Positions 52,904 to 64,000 of a DNA stretch of 64,000 nt are shown here, piece by piece. A program made the translations under genes and the position numbers. Position 1 is the first letter of the stretch. Each line of letters opens with the position of its first letter. The notes beneath the pieces are model-generated. The model ran no database searches and had not been told where the DNA came from. It saw nothing but the letters and a program-made list of their open reading frames with translations. Source of the stretch: Parasitella parasitica NRRL 2501 (Eukaryota > Fungi > Mucoromycota); the NCBI GenBank assembly GCA_025201805.1, contig MU619245.1:6697-70696 (forward strand), in the 5' to 3' direction.

Positions 52904-53410
52904 ATGGTATATAGTCATGTTTCTTTTCAAGTATACCGATCAATGTATTTACAGATTGTATTTTGTATATATTAGGGAAACTGCTGTGGTTCTGAGAGCC
53001 AAGAGGTCGAAAGCCATCAAATTAAACCTATAAAAAATAACAACAAAAGTAGTGCAGGCCAAGCGTTGGGAGGAGGAGCATCTTCAAACATAGATAGCGA
53101 GGAATCAAGAGAGGCCATGCTCAGTGCAGCTGAGAAAAGAAGGTTTCAGGTACCTATAATTTTCTTTTTTTTTTTTTTTTTAGAAACTGGCATGAAGAGT
53201 TGTTTATTTACGTCAATCAGGCTGAGAATCGAGGTGTGAAAGACGGTGGGAAGTTGAGCAAGAAGTTGGCTGATGACAAAAAACAGAAGAGCCAGCCTCC
53301 TCCAAAGAATGATGCAGACGATAAGCTAGTTGTAAGCATAATGAACCCAACCCTTTTTTTTTTTTTTCTTTTGTTAACCCCATTCTGTGTTGTGTTTTTA
53401 GTGGGATTAA
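52904..53410 (+). CDS. Small acylated protein, SVIP (small VCP/p97-interacting protein)-like, 4 exons
   Basis: ATG-only first exon, then MGNCCGS... REAMLSAAEKRRFQ|AENRG...LV|WD*. N-myristoyl/palmitoyl motif plus a VIM-like Rx5AAx2R. Confidence 0.7.
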
Positions 53411-54107
53411 GCTGTTTATCTTGTGCACCATTGCTACACCCTACTTGTATCATATAATAAATCATTTAAGCAGAAATAGTCGTGAGTAACAGATTGATCA
53501 AAACGTCCGTAGTGCGAATGGTGCCTCTTCGTATCATACTATCTGCCTATATTCACATCATACACTGATTGGATATAAACCATTTTGAATACTAGTGATG
53601 GCCATTTGATTTCTTTAGCTGTTAACTCTGGACAGATCGTTATCAGGAATGGAAAAAAAACCAATCTACCGACACGCATACGTATGCATGTATTTGAAAT
53701 ATAATTGACTTGACAGAGGCAGGGTTAATAGAGCCTTATTACCTTCAAATTGAGTTTTCGCATGATAGACTGGATGGTGTGCGGGAGCAACAGGCAAAAA
53801 TGCTAATGTAATACCAGGTCTTAAAAACTAACAAACGAAATCAGTCGGATTTCACAACATTCGTGCCCTGTTTACCGTCATAATATCATGATCAAGGCAT
53901 ATAGTACCTTATATTTAGATTGTACATGTCATCTCGTAGCAAAATACTAATAAGAATTATACATTATCATTATGCCAGATAAAATGTCACTGGCTATTCT
54001 ATAAATGGCAATGCAGATGAGATGTTGATTCAAGGCCATCGGTCCAAAATTCTCGCATGCTCTAGCAGACATAAACCGCCTTTTTTCCCTAAATCTACAA
54101 AACAGAC

Positions 54108-55019
54108 ATGTCCAACACATCTGCAACAACTAAGAAAGATCCCGTTCTGTCACTTCTCTCGGGCACAGTTGCAGGTGGCGTTGAAGGTATTGCCACTTAC
54201 CCTACAGAATACGTAAAAACTCGACTCCAGTTGCAAGCGGGTGGAAAACTTCAGGCTGGTGAGGTCAAGTTCAAAGGTCCCATTGATTGTGTCGTCAAAA
54301 CCGTCAAAACGCACGGCATTGGCGCCATATATACCGGTGTTTCAGCTCTCGCCATTGGCAATGCAGCCAAAGCAGGCGTTCGTTTCTTGACTTATGACCA
54401 AATCGCCAATTCCCTGAGAGACGAGGACGGTAAATTGTCTGGTATGAGGAGCATGTTGGCAGGCTTGGGCGCTGGTATGACCGAAGCTGCTCTTGTAGTG
54501 ACACCCTCCGAGACAATAAAAACCAAATTGATCCATGACAAAAACAGCTCTGCCCCTCGCTACAAGGGTCTCGTTCATGGCACCAAATTGATTGTGGCAG
54601 AGGAAGGAATAGGCGGTATTTACCGTGGTTTGGGGCCCGTGATGGCAAGACAAGGTGCTAATAGTGCTGTGAGGTTCAGTTGCTACTCTTTCTTTAAAAC
54701 GAGCCTACAACAATGGAGAGGGAAGGGAGATGAACCATTACCCTCCGTGCACATATTTGCAGCTGGTGCAATGGCTGGCATTGTCACCGTGTACTCTACA
54801 ATGCCATTGGATGTAGTAAAGACTCGCATGCAGGGGCTAGACGCAAAAACACTCTACAAAAACTCTATTGATTGCTTGATGCAAGTGGTCAAACAGAATG
54901 GCATCTTTTCGTTATGGAAGGGAACAACGCCCAGACTTGCAAGGCTTATTTTCTCGGGCGGTATTGTATTTACAGTGTACGAGAAGGTGTATCATGGTTT
55001 AGAATTGATAAAGAACTAG
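54108..55019 (+). CDS. CTP1: Mitochondrial citrate (tricarboxylate) carrier, intronless
   Basis: Three carrier repeats PTEYVKT, PSETIKT, PLDVVKT. GNAAKAGVRF, RQGANSAVRF and PRLARL are typical of citrate carriers. Confidence 0.9.
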   Translation: MSNTSATTKKDPVLSLLSGTVAGGVEGIATYPTEYVKTRLQLQAGGKLQAGEVKFKGPIDCVVKTVKTHGIGAIYTGVSALAIGNAAKAGVRFLTYDQIANSLRDEDGKLSGMRSMLAGLGAGMTEAALVVTPSETIKTKLIHDKNSSAPRYKGLVHGTKLIVAEEGIGGIYRGLGPVMARQGANSAVRFSCYSFFKTSLQQWRGKGDEPLPSVHIFAAGAMAGIVTVYSTMPLDVVKTRMQGLDAKTLYKNSIDCLMQVVKQNGIFSLWKGTTPRLARLIFSGGIVFTVYEKVYHGLELIKN

Positions 55020-55132
55020 GGCATTACTGCATTTTACCTCTTATGTATAATCTCCTTCAAACTGCGGAAACTTTTTCTTTTTTTCTTTCTGTAACATATA
55101 AAAAAAATAAAACGCACAATTGTAATAGTATC

Positions 55133-57634
55133 ATGGAAGAGGACTTTAGAGAAAATATTGGACATTTGGTAAAAGATCTTACTGAAACAGGAGAATGGGT
55201 ACTAGATCCTCAAAAGCTCAAGGTGAGTGTATATATAATTTTTTTGAAGCATACATGTGAATAACAATAATGAAGAACCTAAAATCTGTATGCAAAAGAT
55301 CTGATGCTCTCGTCCAAGTCGCGTTTGAGTTTATCATGGCACAGCTAAAAAAGAAACATGCTCAGGTACATGCCTGCACCCAAACATGAAGGGTCATGTA
55401 ATTGATTCAATTGATAATAGATTCGGTATTCATGCGTGCAATTGATAGAGCAATTGTTTGAGCGCTCCAAATACTTTCGAGACCTTCTGACAGAAGACTT
55501 TCCTCTGTTCACTCAGTTAGCTGTCGGAATTCAAGACAAAAAGCTGCCTCCCCCAGCTCAAATAGCAGCAAAGCTCAAAAACTATTCTATTGCACTCATC
55601 AAATCTTGGTTTACAAAGTATGGGGAAAAATACCGTCAGCTGATAATAGCCTATGATTTTTTGATGGATAACGGCTTTCTGGACCGTGAGACTGGATCGT
55701 TATCTACGATCCACATGAACGAGAGAAACAACTCAAATACTGATGTAAGTATTATATCATATTTATCGTATCAAATCTCTGAATTGTTTTGCAAAGGCCC
55801 GAAGAAAAGCGATTCAGTTCAGTCGATTTGAGATTTTGAAAGCGGATATGAATGATTATTTGGACATAATCAAAGACAACTTGGCCAACATGGAAGGATG
55901 CTTTGAAATTTTGGTCCCAAAAAACATTTTCCAGGACAAGGACTTGGATTTTGATGCTCTATTACGAGGTGAAGCAAGCAGCAATCAATCAGCAACAGAC
56001 TCTTATAAAGATGTAAGTGAAAAACAAACCAAAGCAATTTCAGGCACTAACCAACTCGCATGATACAGAATATTTTATCGCATGGATTGGGATCCAACAG
56101 ATACAAAATTACCATTGATATGTCAGAAGAATCTTTAATGGAAGATATAAAGGAGACAGACGACAACATGATTGTTTTTGATCAGCTGCGAGAGGCATAC
56201 ACCCAACTAGAGAGTAAGCATATGAACCAATTGAATCATTGGATCAACACACTGGTGAAAATGGATCTAGCAGTAATACTCTACTATATAACGGTTTCCA
56301 CAAGTATTAATTTATACGCACACACACACATATATATGTGTATATTTGTAGGACAAAACAGAAAAAGAGAAATGGATAAGGGAATTAATCAATTTGAAGG
56401 GATCAGCGACTGAAGAGATCAGAAAAGCTAAGTTACTAGGGATCGAGGCCACTCGCAAACCCGCAAACAGGACTGAAGCAATCAACATGGAAGAAGACGA
56501 TGAATTTGGAAACGAACTGTTTGAAGATGTCAACGTGGACGAAATCAATGCAGAGGAGAGAGCGAAATTCGCCGTCAAAAGCTCAAAACTGCCGCCATTG
56601 CAGCGGATTTTCCCATTGTCTTATGAACCGAGCATGATGGAAGATGCAACCTACAGCGGTCCACAACCTGTGCTTGAAGATAGCGCAAATAATCCAAGAG
56701 ACAAAGGAAAGCAGAAGGCAAACCTAGAAAAAGAAGGTGATTTTGATACGACTTTAAAATAGTAGATTTATGGTGGCAACGAAATTCCTCAATGACTCAC
56801 ACACTTCTTGAATATAGAATTGTACAAGCGTGCTCCTGTGATAGAGGTAAAGTTACACTGCGTTACGATTGTATATGATTCTAAACTTAATTTCTGTTGG
56901 CCATGTCACAGTGGGGCGACGACTTGTATTACTGGGACAAGAAAAATATACAATTCAATACAAGTGGCATTGAAAAGAGCCACCGATTTATGGGTGTTGG
57001 TGAAGGCACTAATGAAATGCCAGACCATCTGCTTGAGGAACTTCGGAAGCGACCCATCTACTACAAATCGCAAGCGCCAAAAGACATTCAGGTCTGTGTA
57101 TCTATTTGGAAAAAGTAGAAAACAGAATCTAAAGTTTTGTGTGTTTATGATAAACAGGCTTGTCGACATCCTTTGCATAATGGCGGCCTATGCCCCAGAA
57201 AAGATTTAGTGACATGTCCATTTCATGGAAAAATTATACCCAGAGACGAGCTAGGAAGGCCACTCAATCCACAAGATGTGGCAACAACCTCTGCTGCTGT
57301 AGGCACACTGACAGACGAGGAGTACACTGGTCATCTCTCTTCTAGAAAGCCAGACACAGCTGTCATGAACAATCTGTGGGAGTTGTTGGAAAATGATGTA
57401 ATGATGGGACAATCTGACTATGAAAAAACAACCCGAAAGAAGTTGGGAGGACGAGGAGGTGGTGTTGGCAAACCAAAATCAGCGTTGATCGATGTAAAGA
57501 AGAAGCCGAATACAAGCTACACCAGATTAAACAAGCAGATTAGCACGGCAAAGAACAAAAAGCTAGTCGAAGAAGCCGCAGAGTACGAAAGAGAAATGAA
57601 AGCTAGGAATAAAAAAGCCAACAGTTGGCATTAA
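55133..57634 (+). CDS. UVSSA: UV-stimulated scaffold protein A homolog, multi-exon
   Basis: VHS-like N-terminus (KHAQIRYSCVQLIEQLFERSKYFR), WGDDLYYW, HRFMG, C-terminal CRHPLHNGGLCPRKDLVTCPFHGKIIPRDELGRP. Confidence 0.85.
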
Positions 57635-57840
57635 ACTGCTTAGCATGAATTGGCTAAATGTCATTTGAAGTTTACCCGCGGCCCAATTGATTGAATTATG
57701 ATAAAGGCATTTTGATCTATCTTTGCGAAACACAAGAGTCACGTAAACCTTTCTTGGTAACGTTAACCATGGCACCATATAAATGCATTCAAAAAACATT
57801 AGGTTTTAGTTTATCTTTTTCTTGTGTTTAGAACAATAAA

Positions 57841-58949
57841 ATGTCCAGTGTCCCTACCATCAAGGTTTGGTATAATCAAGCTGTTTGAGTACTCCCTTCT
57901 TGACATTTTTAAACATTTCTTAGCTCAACAGCGGCTATGATGTGCCATTAATCGGTTATGGTACATTTGGTGGCAATAATGGCCCCCAAGAAGTATACGA
58001 CGCCGTCAAAGTTGCCTTGAAAGCGGGTTACAAGCACATTGACACTGCCTACATATGTAAGCTTCATGTATTGGATGCATAACAGCAGAAAAGGAGAATA
58101 ACGCATATTCATAGATCAAACCGAAGAAGCTGTTGGAAACGCCATTAAAGAAAGCAAAGTCCCTCGGGAGGAGCTTTTTATCACCACAAAGCTATGGGGT
58201 AACTTTCATGAACCTCAGCATGTAAGACCTGTCTTTGAGCGCTCATTAAAAAATTTGCAAATGGACTACGTTGATTTATACTTGATGCATTGGCCCATGT
58301 CTTGGAAGTTCAACGGCTATGAGTTTTCAGAATGTACGCCGGGTAAAAACACACCTGTAACAAATGTACCTATTATTGATACATGGCGTGCTATGGAAAA
58401 GCTTGTCAAAGACGGCAAGGCTCGCTCTATCGGTGTTTCCAACTTTACCATCCCCATGCTTGAAGATTTATTAAGCAAATGTGAGATCCCTCCTGCTATG
58501 AACCAAGTTGAGATACATCCGTCTCTGCCACAAGAAGAATTACTTGCTTACTGCAAAAACAAGAACATTGTTATGACGGCCTACTCTCCTCTTGGCAACC
58601 CTGGCTATAAGCCTGGAGCCGTCAAGACTTTGGATGAGCCTGTGATCATTGATCTCGCCAAGAAATACAACAAATCTTCTGTACAAATTCTTCTCAATTG
58701 GGGCGTTAATCGTGGCTATTGTGTCATCCCCAAGAGTGTCACTCCTAGTCGTATTAGAGACAATCTCATTTATTTCAAGATGGATGAGAAGGATATCGAT
58801 ATTATCACCGACCTTGGTCGCAAAAACCCTGTTCGCACCTGGTGAGTTGTATAATTTTTGAGGCATTTGTAAAATATATTGCTAATACTGCTAATGGTCA
58901 AAGTAAACCTGAGGTATCCTTTGGCCCTGAAAATGCCATTTTCGATTAA
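57841..58949 (+). CDS. Aldo-keto reductase (GCY1/YPR1-like), 4 exons
   Basis: GYKHIDTAYIY, FITTKLW, DYVDLYLMHWP, SIGVSNF, NQVEIHP, AYSPLG, IPKSVTPSRI. Confidence 0.94.
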
Positions 58950-60062
58950 AAATAGCATGCATACTTTTTTTTTGCAGTAAATGTTGGGCTGCTTTAAGCG
59001 GTACTTGAAATCGATTTCTACAGCCATTCCTGCATTGAAAATTTTTGACAATTTTGCCAAAAAAAAAACAAAAATGCCCTTCAAAGTATTTTATCGCATG
59101 AGAACAAATAATAAACATGCTTTAATTATTAATTATTTTGTGTTAAAATAAAAAAGATCTGCAAGATGAAATTTTTTTGGTTCAAAATTGCTTCGCAAAA
59201 ACTTTCAAAAAACCCAACAAACTGTCAAATCAGTTTCTTAACAATAACTCAAAAACAGCATTGTGAACTAAACTAAACAAGCAATCAAGCAAAAGAGGGG
59301 TACTTTTCGCTTATTTTTTGTTAATGTTTACTATAGCAGAAAGTTTATTTTTTCAACTTAAAAATCAAAATTTGTGGAAATAAAGGGCCTTTATGAGGGG
59401 GTATAAGGGAAAAATTTGCAATTTGTGATGTAAAAATAAAATGTCACCAAAAGCTGCAAAATCATACCAGAATATACTTTGATCACAAGGTAATCCTTTG
59501 CAACAACTCAGAGGGCTATAGCTGCTCAAAATTCTTGAAAAATTGCCCCTTCGAATGCTGATTTACAACATTTTCAACATTTATTTGGAAGCTCTTACTT
59601 CCCGTGGATTGACGTTTTTGCTGTTTTTTTCTACCAAAAGTTATTTATCTCACTTTATGCATACATTTATAAATAAATGTTTGAGTTTTACGTATCTTCA
59701 GCGTCTATATCGTATAAATTCATACATAAATGAAAGTTCCCGACAAAACCTTTTAAACATCAGCAATCCTGATGCTTTTTGCTCCAAGTGCAATAACTAC
59801 TTTAAGAAAAGATATAAATTCAACTATCATTTGAGGCGTTATAATAAGAGAAATATCCAGCAAAAGGGACGGATATAACAAAGTCTCTTTGGTTAGCCTG
59901 ATTCTTTTTTATGATCAAACATGCCATAGAAAAATTCATGCTTTCGGTATGCTTATTTGAACTGCTCGTGACTATTTGAACTGACTGGCTATTCTAACGC
60001 GCTTTCATTTCAGTTTGGTTTACAATACTTTTTTTCTCTTAAATACTCTCACTATTAGTATC

Positions 60063-60863
60063 ATGGCAACTCCAGTTGATCGCGAAAAGGTACACGCAAT
60101 ATATGGAGGGGGGCTAGGCAGTTTTATATAGACCTGTTATCTGATATGCGTGATATAGGATTGTCCTTTCTTGTTGAGAATTTTTCATCGCAATGGTGGA
60201 CATAATTTGTAAGTTGACCGAACTTGCCGCACTTCTCGGCAAAACACACAGATGGCTCATACAATTCAACTAGAAATAATCAATATACTGTAGACTCAGT
60301 ACCAAGTGAAGAATTGAGTATCTACACATGGTAATACGCATCACACAATTGCTTGCGACAATAGTCAAGAGACTAACAATGTTTGTAGGAAAAATGCCAC
60401 TTTGGAAGAAATCGCACAATTGATTGAGCAGATTATTCCCGAGGCAAGAGACCCTGACGCCCGTCTTGCGTTTAGATTAGTTTACCTCGACAGCGAACGT
60501 GCAAGATACAGCGGTAGAGACATTGGCCGCGTTGTACCAGCCAATCCTACAGACGATCATACCAAGACCTTGGAAGACTGCAAATTCTTTATTGGCGACT
60601 ACTTGGATGTTGCAATATTTATTGGGCCACCAAATTCTATCAGAAGTAAATTTGGAAATAGCAATAGCAAACGCTCATTGGGAGGACCTGGAAGAGATCG
60701 ATTTGGCGGACGTTTAGTTACAGGAGGAGGTGGACCTGACAGAGGAGGAGGAGGAAGAAGAAACTTTGGTGGAAGTGCTTATAACAGTAATAGCAGATTT
60801 GGTGGAGGCAGTAATGGTGGCGGTGGTGGAAGACCATCACAAAGAAGAGGGGATCGATTTTAA
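60063..60863 (+). CDS. SAP18: Sin3-associated polypeptide 18 with RGG-rich tail
   Basis: MATPVDREK|DCPFLLRIF, ELSIYTW|KNATLEE, KTLEDCKFFIGDYLDVAI. Confidence 0.92.
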
Positions 60864-60921
60864 ATGAGCAAAATTAAAAATTAAATGTATAAAATGTCTT
60901 GATTGACGAAATAAAAGGTTC

Positions 60922-60956
60922 TTTTTTTTTTTTTTTTTTTTNNNNNNNNNNNNNNN
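60922..60956. other. Poly(T) run and assembly gap (15 N)
   Basis: T at 60922-60941 and N at 60942-60956. Confidence 0.95.
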
Positions 60957-61160
60957 TTTAATATGTCATATCTCCCTTAAGTAGATTGTTTGCTATGTGG
61001 CATATTTGCAATTATTCCTCAATTAGGATATATAATATGTAGTAGAGTAGAGACCTCACTCCCTCTTTTCCCCCCCATAAACTGGCAGCATATAGCGTAT
61101 AAATAAGCCGCTATTGTGGATTTCAAGCAGTAAAAAATCTTGTCTCTTTTTCTTTCAAAA

Positions 61161-62434
61161 ATGGTTCTACTACAAGTACTTTTTCTACTGTTACCTCTTG
61201 TCATGCACAGCGCTATTGCTGCTTCAGGTTTCTCGAGCAATCGCTGTACAGGTCCTATTGAAGTCAAATCAAACCAAGATTTGGACACATTAAGAAGCTG
61301 TCAGATAGTGGAAGGATCAATCGCAATAAAAAACATGACATCCTTTGGAGAGATAATGAATTTGTCGCAATTGCAGCACGTCCACGGTGATCTTGTATTT
61401 GAAGGCAATGCGGATCTATCACAGGTTGTGTTGGCTAGTTTAAAGCAAGTGGATGGGAAACTGGTCTTTCAAAACAATCGAAACTTGGAACGACTTGATT
61501 TAACGCAACTTACAGGTGTTCAGTCGCTTGACATTTCAGTAGAGCCGGCCCTCACAGCAATATTGTTCCCCTCTGGCTTATCTCATATCGAAAGTCTGAC
61601 TGTTACGGACACGTTGGCAACCAAAATCGAAGGGCTAGCTACCAGCAAGATGAAAAATGTGCACATTGCCAACAATAAATACCTAAAAGACATCAACATG
61701 AACCATTTGCAAGAGGTGAATGGAGTCATGACTATTGCAGCAAACTCACCCAGTCTTACGCTGGACGTATGTATATTGTAAATGAGGCTGTATTTGCACA
61801 TATAACTCAACTCTTTATGCTGTAGCTTTCTTCTCTTTTCAACATTTATCAGGCAGATTTCAGAGGCCTGGCTCAACTAGTTGGCTTGAACAGAGTGCAT
61901 CAAGTTACAGGAGACTTGTCTTTTGTAGCCAATTCATTTGCATCGCTCTCTTTACCCAATATCACGCAAATTGCAGGAACATTGACCATATCAGACAATT
62001 TACAGCTTCGAAACCTGTCTGTTCCGCAACTGCAGCTCTTAGGTGGCGCACTTTCCTTGACCAACAATACTGGCTTATCTAATGTCAGTGTGCCAAGTCT
62101 ACAACAGGTAGATGGAACAGTCGATATCACTGGAAACTTCAACAAGGTGGATTTACCTAACCTTGTCGATATTCGAGGCGGATTGAATGTTCAAACATCT
62201 AGCACTCAATTTTCTTGCGATGACGGCGTGAATAAACTTCAAGGCGGTGTCACCAAAGGCCATGAATTCACCTGCAAATCAAATGTGTCTAATCCTACAT
62301 CAGTCATCAGCCATAACAGCACCACCAACGCCACAGCAAACGACTACACATCATCTTCAAGTAAAATTAGTCTTCCACGAGCAGTTATTTCAGCATCAAA
62401 CTTTATTTTAATCTATTTGGCATTAATAAAATAA
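61161..62434 (+). CDS. ECM33/SPS2-like GPI-anchored cell-wall protein (receptor L-domain repeats), 2 exons
   Basis: Signal peptide, repeated LxxVxGxLxxxxN units, LPNLVDIRGGLNVQTSS..FSC, Ser/Thr spacer and hydrophobic C-terminus. Confidence 0.88.
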
Positions 62435-62484
62435 AAAAAAAGAAAATAAATTTAGCATTTATATACACAATACAGACGTTTGCT

Positions 62485-63233
62485 TTAAATCCTTCTATCC
62501 AAAACACTGTGCAATTCCTTGGAAGGCTGTTCTAAAGTACCCAATAATTTGCGGGCAGGGGCTTCAATAACACCAACGACTTGGGCTCTCAACTGTTCGA
62601 GAGAAGGAAGCTCAACCACCTTCAAAACATCTGTCTGTGTCAACAAGACGTTATCCAATTTACCACCCAATAGTAGCATCTTTTTGTTTTTGGCTAATAA
62701 TTCGACAGTTTTCTTCAATAGATCAGGGTGTTCGGCATCGGCAATATTGGTAGATAAAACACAAGTGGGGCCACTCACCAAAGGCTCCAAATTGGCGAAT
62801 CTGGTCTCGCGCAACGCAGCAGAGAATACGCTTGATTTTAATACAGTAAATTTGGATAATGATCCACCTTGTAATTCACCTAATTGCTGTCTGATTTGAG
62901 TGAACTCCTTGACAGTCAAGTTGTTGTGCTGGAAGACAAATACGACTCGGTTGTTTTCGATAATGTTGCTGTATTGGTTGTAGAGAAAAGTACGTTTAGG
63001 AGGATGCGTTGTTGTCTTTTTCTCGGTGGCATCTGCAGATGATTTCAGTACCATGGTCTAAAAAATGCAGTATCTTACTTACAAGAACGTATACAGGGGG
63101 GAGTCAAAACAAGCTTAGAGTTGACAGGTCTCATATTACGTACAAATGTACTGCCAGCTATAGCATTCAGATTAGTTGAGATCCACAGCAAAAAAAAAAA
63201 AAATCATAAACTCATACCTGCTCTCAATGACAT
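62485..63233 (-). CDS. Mitochondrial ribosomal protein uL10, 3 exons
   Basis: VFQHNNLTVKEFTQIR, LVSGPTC, LLLGGKLDN, LPSLEQLRAQVVGVIEAPA. Confidence 0.85.
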
Positions 63234-63654
63234 GATATACTACAAGTTTGAGATGTGGAGAAAGGTTTGTATGTCAATGTAGAAAAAATGAAGAAGGTCA
63301 ATTTGAACGGGGTTGTTTGGGATGGCCTGCATCTCTTTTACAAGGTCACGGCAGGGTCTGCTTTTGCCCTGATCAACCAATGAACAAAAGATGTGAAGGC
63401 TCTCAATGTGTGCTCCAGAATCAGAGCAGTTGCCAATTTACAATGTTGAAGCAATCTAGTAGATGCCTATCTGTGGCATTTAAATACAATTACAATCCAT
63501 GATTAATGGGGAGGGCCATTTGATGGCTGCTTAGTTATCTTTTCCATCCCTACTTGTTAAATTCCGATTGTCCTGCCTCCTCATAAAGAGGTGGCTCAAA
63601 AAAATTTGCACGTTTCTTTTTCTCTTCTTCATACTATATCCTAATAGAAAAACA

Positions 63655-63988
63655 ATGACTCGTAAGTGTTCAGTCATCAGCTTCAAGCATTTGTCATAAA
63701 GAGTAATTTAATTAAGCAGTTTTCTCTTTCTCTGTTTATAAGGTGGTAATCAAAGAGAACAAGCCCGACTTAAGAACTTGAAGAAGAAGGAAAAAGAAAA
63801 CAAAAAAACAAGTTTGAGCGGACAAACGCTCACTCAAAAGAAGGAAAGGTAAATGCGATTTTTCATCAAGAAAACAGACACTATTTGCCAACATGCCTAA
63901 TAGTGACGCTTCCATCATGCGCGCCAAACAAGAAGCTGCCGCTGCGAAGAAGAAAGAAGAGGGTGCTGTCAGTGGTTCAGGGAAATAA
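63655..63988 (+). CDS. SERF/4F5 family small basic protein, 3 exons
   Basis: MTRGNQREQARLKNLKK...KE|SDASIMRAKQ. Confidence 0.88.
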
Positions 63989-64000
63989 ACAATTTCAAAT

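Noticed and set aside
47956-53410. Functional link between the CDC48-family ATPase and the nearby SVIP-like gene
   Set aside because: The ATPase is not Cdc48 itself and an unrelated RhoGAP lies between them; probably coincidence.
1-64000. CRISPR arrays, tRNA or rRNA genes
   Set aside because: No repeat-spacer array or recognisable tRNA/rRNA was seen; a tRNAscan/Infernal run would be needed to exclude small ncRNAs.

Overview
This is eukaryotic, AT-rich, intron-dense fungal DNA. Short GT-AG introns and the gene content point to Mucoromycota/Mucorales (inference). It carries about 21 ordinary protein-coding genes: CYM1, ICL1, an AAAP amino-acid transporter, MSH2, a small membrane protein, GH46 chitosanase, a Kv-beta-like AKR, an APSES transcription factor, an NCS2 purine permease, a secreted Zn deaminase, a 2OG-Fe(II) oxygenase, an ADH6-like dehydrogenase, a CDC48-family AAA ATPase, an F-BAR/RhoGAP, an SVIP-like protein, CTP1, UVSSA, a second AKR, SAP18, an ECM33-like protein, mitochondrial uL10 and a SERF/4F5 protein. 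Two islands of decayed mobile DNA (about 7.4-16.2 kb and 22.9-28.9 kb) hold four Fanzor (eukaryotic TnpB) pseudogenes and LINE fragments. The most unusual item is an intact, intronless 86-aa ORF at 12106-12366 inside the first island. It aligns without gaps to bacterial PTS phosphocarrier HPr but has Lys at His15 and keeps Ser46 (now S-P); fungi are not known to have a PTS. The second highlight is a purine permease paired head-to-head with a signal-peptide nucleobase deaminase, followed by a 2OG oxygenase. All gene models and alignments were made by eye and from memory of family motifs; no searches were run, and TE boundaries are approximate.
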